From NCBI RefSeq assembly GCF_032062105.1, contig NW_026930969.1, forward strand, positions 124,001 to 188,000: DNA of 64,000 nucleotides, in the 5' to 3' direction. The position numbers and the translations under genes were made by a program. The stretch's first letter is position 1, and every line of letters begins with the position of its first letter. Under the pieces are notes generated by a model. It was not told the DNA's origin. It was given only the letters and a program-made list of their open reading frames with translations, and made no database searches. The stretch is from Saccostrea cucullata. Its lineage: Eukaryota. Positions 60,101 to 64,000 of the stretch are shown here, piece after piece.

Positions 60101-60950
60101 TATATGCATTTTATTTTTTTCCTTTTGTATTGAATTATTTCAACCAAATCCCACAAATTAAACAAAAGTTTCCCTCAATATTTGACTTGCTTTTCTCGAT
60201 TTCAATTGATTCAAAACCATGTTAATTTTATACACAAGGGTTAGCAATGTTGTTTGCCGATTATTTCATTTTTGCGAAATCATGTTTGGTTATATGTGTA
60301 TGTATAATTAGATTTCCTTAACTTAACAATATGCATATGGCTAGGGTGTTTCTATCTACTATTTAAGTATTTGTAAATCACTGTCGCCAAATGTACTCAG
60401 GTGCCTAATACGGAGTGCGTTCTCTTCTTGATTTCTATATCCAACGCTTTTTAATTTTTTAGGCGACATTCCTGATTTGTATTCTTCGCACTGCTCAGAT
60501 AATACTTCAATAATAATAGGGTAATACCATCAATATAAACAAATTTCCAAAATATTGTTAAAATCAATGAAATGTCAGGGTTTTGTGGTTGTAGGAACCA
60601 TTTTGCAAATGTGACTCTTCAACACTATACATTTATTGACATGGTTTGAGGACAAAATGCGTTTTGTTGGACCCAAGAACCAAACTGTTTGCCCGAGGCC
60701 GTTAAGGCCATTATACTTTATTTTTGCGGGGACCGAAGCATAAAGTAGCTATTGTTTCAATAATGTACTACGTATCTAGACTTATGTTTACATGCAAAGT
60801 CCACTCCTAATTGGAATTTTGCATTTTGTCCCAATAGGTAATGACAATTATTAGCTTTATTTTGAAGCTACAGTTCACTCTTGAAAGCAACAACATTGTA
60901 AGCCCTGTTACAGTCTGTATAGCATTTGATAAAAAAAAAAACATAACAGG

Positions 60951-61694
60951 TATGGCACGCCAAATTCACAAAAATGAGCTAAACATAGTTTCACAGTTGA
61001 TAAACTAGGTTTATCGACTGTAAACTATAGTTTGCAAACCGTAAACTATAGTTAACAATTCGTTAACTATAGTTTTCATCTGTAAAACTATATTTAACGG
61101 TTGTTAACTATAGTTTACGAATGCATATCTAAGTTTATCTGTCTGTAATAAAGCGTTAACAATAGATTTTGTTGATAAACATAGATTCACGTTTGTAAAC
61201 TATAATTTACAATCGTAAACTATAGTTAAGAGTTGTTAATCATAGTTTCACAAATCGAAACTATATTTATCAGTTAACAGTTAACTATAGTTAAGAGTTG
61301 TTAATCATAGTTTCACAAATTTGAAACTATAAGTTAACAGTTAACTATAGTTAAGAGTTGTTCATCATAGTTTCACAAATCGAAACTATATTTATCAGTT
61401 AACAGTTAAATATAGTAAAGAGTTGTAAACTATAGTTTACAAATCGTGAAACTGTATTTATCAGAACATTTATGTTTTGCAATCGCAAATGATTGTTTTC
61501 GGTATTAAGTATAGTTTACGGTTGTGAAACATAGATTATCGCGTTAACTATAGTTTTACTTTACAGATGTAAAATATAGATTAACTTTGTTAACTATAGT
61601 TTACAGTCCGTAAACTATAGTTTACAACCGATAAACCTAGTTTATCGATTGTGAAACTATGATTAGCTCATTTTTGTGAATTTGGCGTGTCATA
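60951..61694. mobile_element. Second copy (opposite orientation) of the IS3EU-like MITE; TSD AACAGG
   Basis: Same TIRs as 32470-33081. AACAGG at 60945-60950 and 61695-61700. Internal segment tandemly expanded at ~61215-61430. Confidence 0.9.
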
Positions 61695-62375
61695 AACAGG
61701 TATAAGTTTCTATATAAAAAGCATATAAACCGATAGGACATGCAATGCTGCACAACTTGCATGCATGTAGAGCTAACAAAATTTGGCTCAATCAAAAACT
61801 GATGCATGACACACGAGTAAAAACAATTTTACGCTACTCTCTCTCTCTCTCTCTCTCTCGAGTTTCTTCTAATTTTCGGAATGATCAGAATATTTAGGTT
61901 ACACAGTTCTGTATAGGCCGTAATATAAAATAATTCTAATGTATCATAAGGGGGACGTACATTGCCTACGTGCATGCTACTGATATACACGTTATCACAA
62001 ATACAACTGTTTTTGTTTATGTTTCTGTTAACTTGCAGTCCTGCATTTATCATCATGCATTTGTGATCATCGAACGTTGTTAGAACCTTCCGATTTACGC
62101 CGCCGCTTTTTGTCGCTCGGAATGCAAAATAAAACATTCCAATGCCACATTTGGCTGTTTGGAAGGTAAATATCGCAACAAAATAAAAAAATGAAAAAAA
62201 AATATTTTAAATTTATAAGAATACCTTGCCTTTGGCTGACAAATGCTTATGATATTGCATGAAGTAATACCCGAAATAAGCGACAAAAAGCGGCTACATA
62301 AATCGAAGGATTTTACAATGCTCGGATCTGTATCTCTCTGGGGCCGTTTTACAAAAGAACTTACAACTAAGATAA

Positions 62376-63394
62376 ACAAGAGGCCCATGGGCCACAACGC
62401 TCACCTGACCACTGTGGCTAGAAAAAAAGTAGAAATTGGTTTTATAATTGAAAAGTTTAAATCCAAAAGTAAATCTTTGACCAGTTATGGTTTTGCTTTT
62501 CTTGAGAAGATGATTTTTAAAGAATTTTCCTATATCTTTCTATTTAAAACTTTGGTCGGCCATTGTGGCCCCGCCCTACCCCCAGGGGTCATGAAAACAG
62601 ATTAGAATCTACACTCTCTGAGGATGCTTCCATATAAATATGATCAATTATGGCTTTGTTATTCTTGAAAAGAAGATTTTTAAAGAATTTTCCTATATAT
62701 TTCTATGTAAAACTTTGGTCGGCCATTCTGGCCCCGCCCTACCCCCGGGGGTCATGATTTGAACAAACTTGAATCTACACTACCTGAGGATGCTTCCATA
62801 TAAATATGACCAATCACGGCTTTGTTATTCTTGAGAAGAAGATTTTTAAAGAATTTTCCTATATATTTCTATGTAAAACTTTGGTCGGCCATTTGGCCCC
62901 GCCCTACCCCCGGGGGTCATGATTTGAACAAACTTGAATCTACACTACCTGAGGATGCTTCCATATAAATATGACCAATCATGGCTTTGTTATTCTTGAG
63001 AAGAAGATTTTTAAAGAATTTTCCTATATATTTCTATGTAAAACTTTGGTCGGCCATTCTGGCCCCGCCCTACCCCCGGGGGTCATGATTTGAACAAACT
63101 TGAATCTACACTACCTGAGGATGCTTCCATATAAATATGACTAATCATGGCTTTGTTATTCTTGAGAAGAAGATATTTAAAGAATTTTCCTATATATTTC
63201 TATGTAAAACTTTGGTCAGCCATTGTGACCCCGCCCTACCCCCAGGGGTCATGATTTGAACAAACTTGAATCTACACTTCCTGAGGATGTTTCCCCATAA
63301 GTTTCATTTTTCCTGACACAGTGGTTCTTGAGAAGAAGATTTTTAAAACATACAACCAAATTTTCATTAATTCCCAATTATCTCCCCTTAAATG

Positions 63395-63452
<58 letters not shown>

Positions 63453-63552
63453 GCAAATTTGGTTGAAATTGGCCCAGCGGTTCTTGGGAAGAAGTCGAAA
63501 ATGTGAAAAGTTTACGGACAGACAGACAGACAGACGGACGCCGGACAAAATG

Positions 63553-63598
<46 letters not shown>
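62376..63598 (-). mobile_element. Full-length HINE-like element with five ~166-bp satellite units
   Basis: GAATTTTCC recurs at 62522, 62685, 62851, 63016 and 63182; (CAGA)n; ends GAGCCTTCGGCTCAGGTGAGCTAAAAA and ACAAGAGGCCCATGGGCC. Confidence 0.9.
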
Positions 63599-64000
63599 CT
63601 TAACGTAGATTTACACATTTTACAAAATAATATTTCTGTGTAAAATGCTACCGTAAAAATAACGGGCATTTTTCTAAATTCATTTTAAAAAGTGATTTAA
63701 AAAACCTTTTAAGTTAATTTTAAGATCTTTCTAAGTAGCGTTAAATTTTGATAATATCGTAAGTTTTTTTGTGAAAAACTTGCACAAATTGCTCCTTTGT
63801 GAAATGGGCCTCTGGTTTGTCTGTTCGAATCTTCTTAAATCAGAGGCCCCAGTTCTACAAGTAATAAATGCCATAAGATGGCGATGGCACTGTATTTTTT
63901 TCCTCTGCCATCCAGCAAACACCGTCACCCAAGACGTGTGTCTTTAAAAAAATATACAGAAGTCAGTATTTCATAATTTATTAATAAACTAAACAAAAAT

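Overview
AT-rich, intron-containing animal DNA. The repeat families and gene content suggest a bivalve, most likely an oyster (inference). The main feature is a tandem array of three intronless genes (3322-6346, 8682-11757, 13358-16497), each fusing N-terminal ankyrin repeats to a cGAS/Mab-21 nucleotidyltransferase (cGAS-like receptor, cGLR). All three keep the catalytic motifs. All carry a ~230-260 aa acidic insertion inside the C-lobe that hides a conserved ~20 aa island. Each is interrupted by a single, different frameshift. Downstream lie a multi-exon acyl-CoA dehydrogenase that appears to lack its middle exons, an intronless orphan GPCR (-, one frameshift), a complete multi-exon AGPS, two tandem claudin/PMP22-like genes (-) with long tails (one with a duplicated CKRC module), and a peptide-receptor-like GPCR (+). 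Non-coding DNA holds a CR1-group LINE fragment, a Penelope-like fragment with a nested SINE, Helentron/HINE-like satellite-carrying elements, several MITEs, a 5S rRNA-derived fragment and a 159-N gap. All family assignments come from motif recognition by eye; no searches were run.
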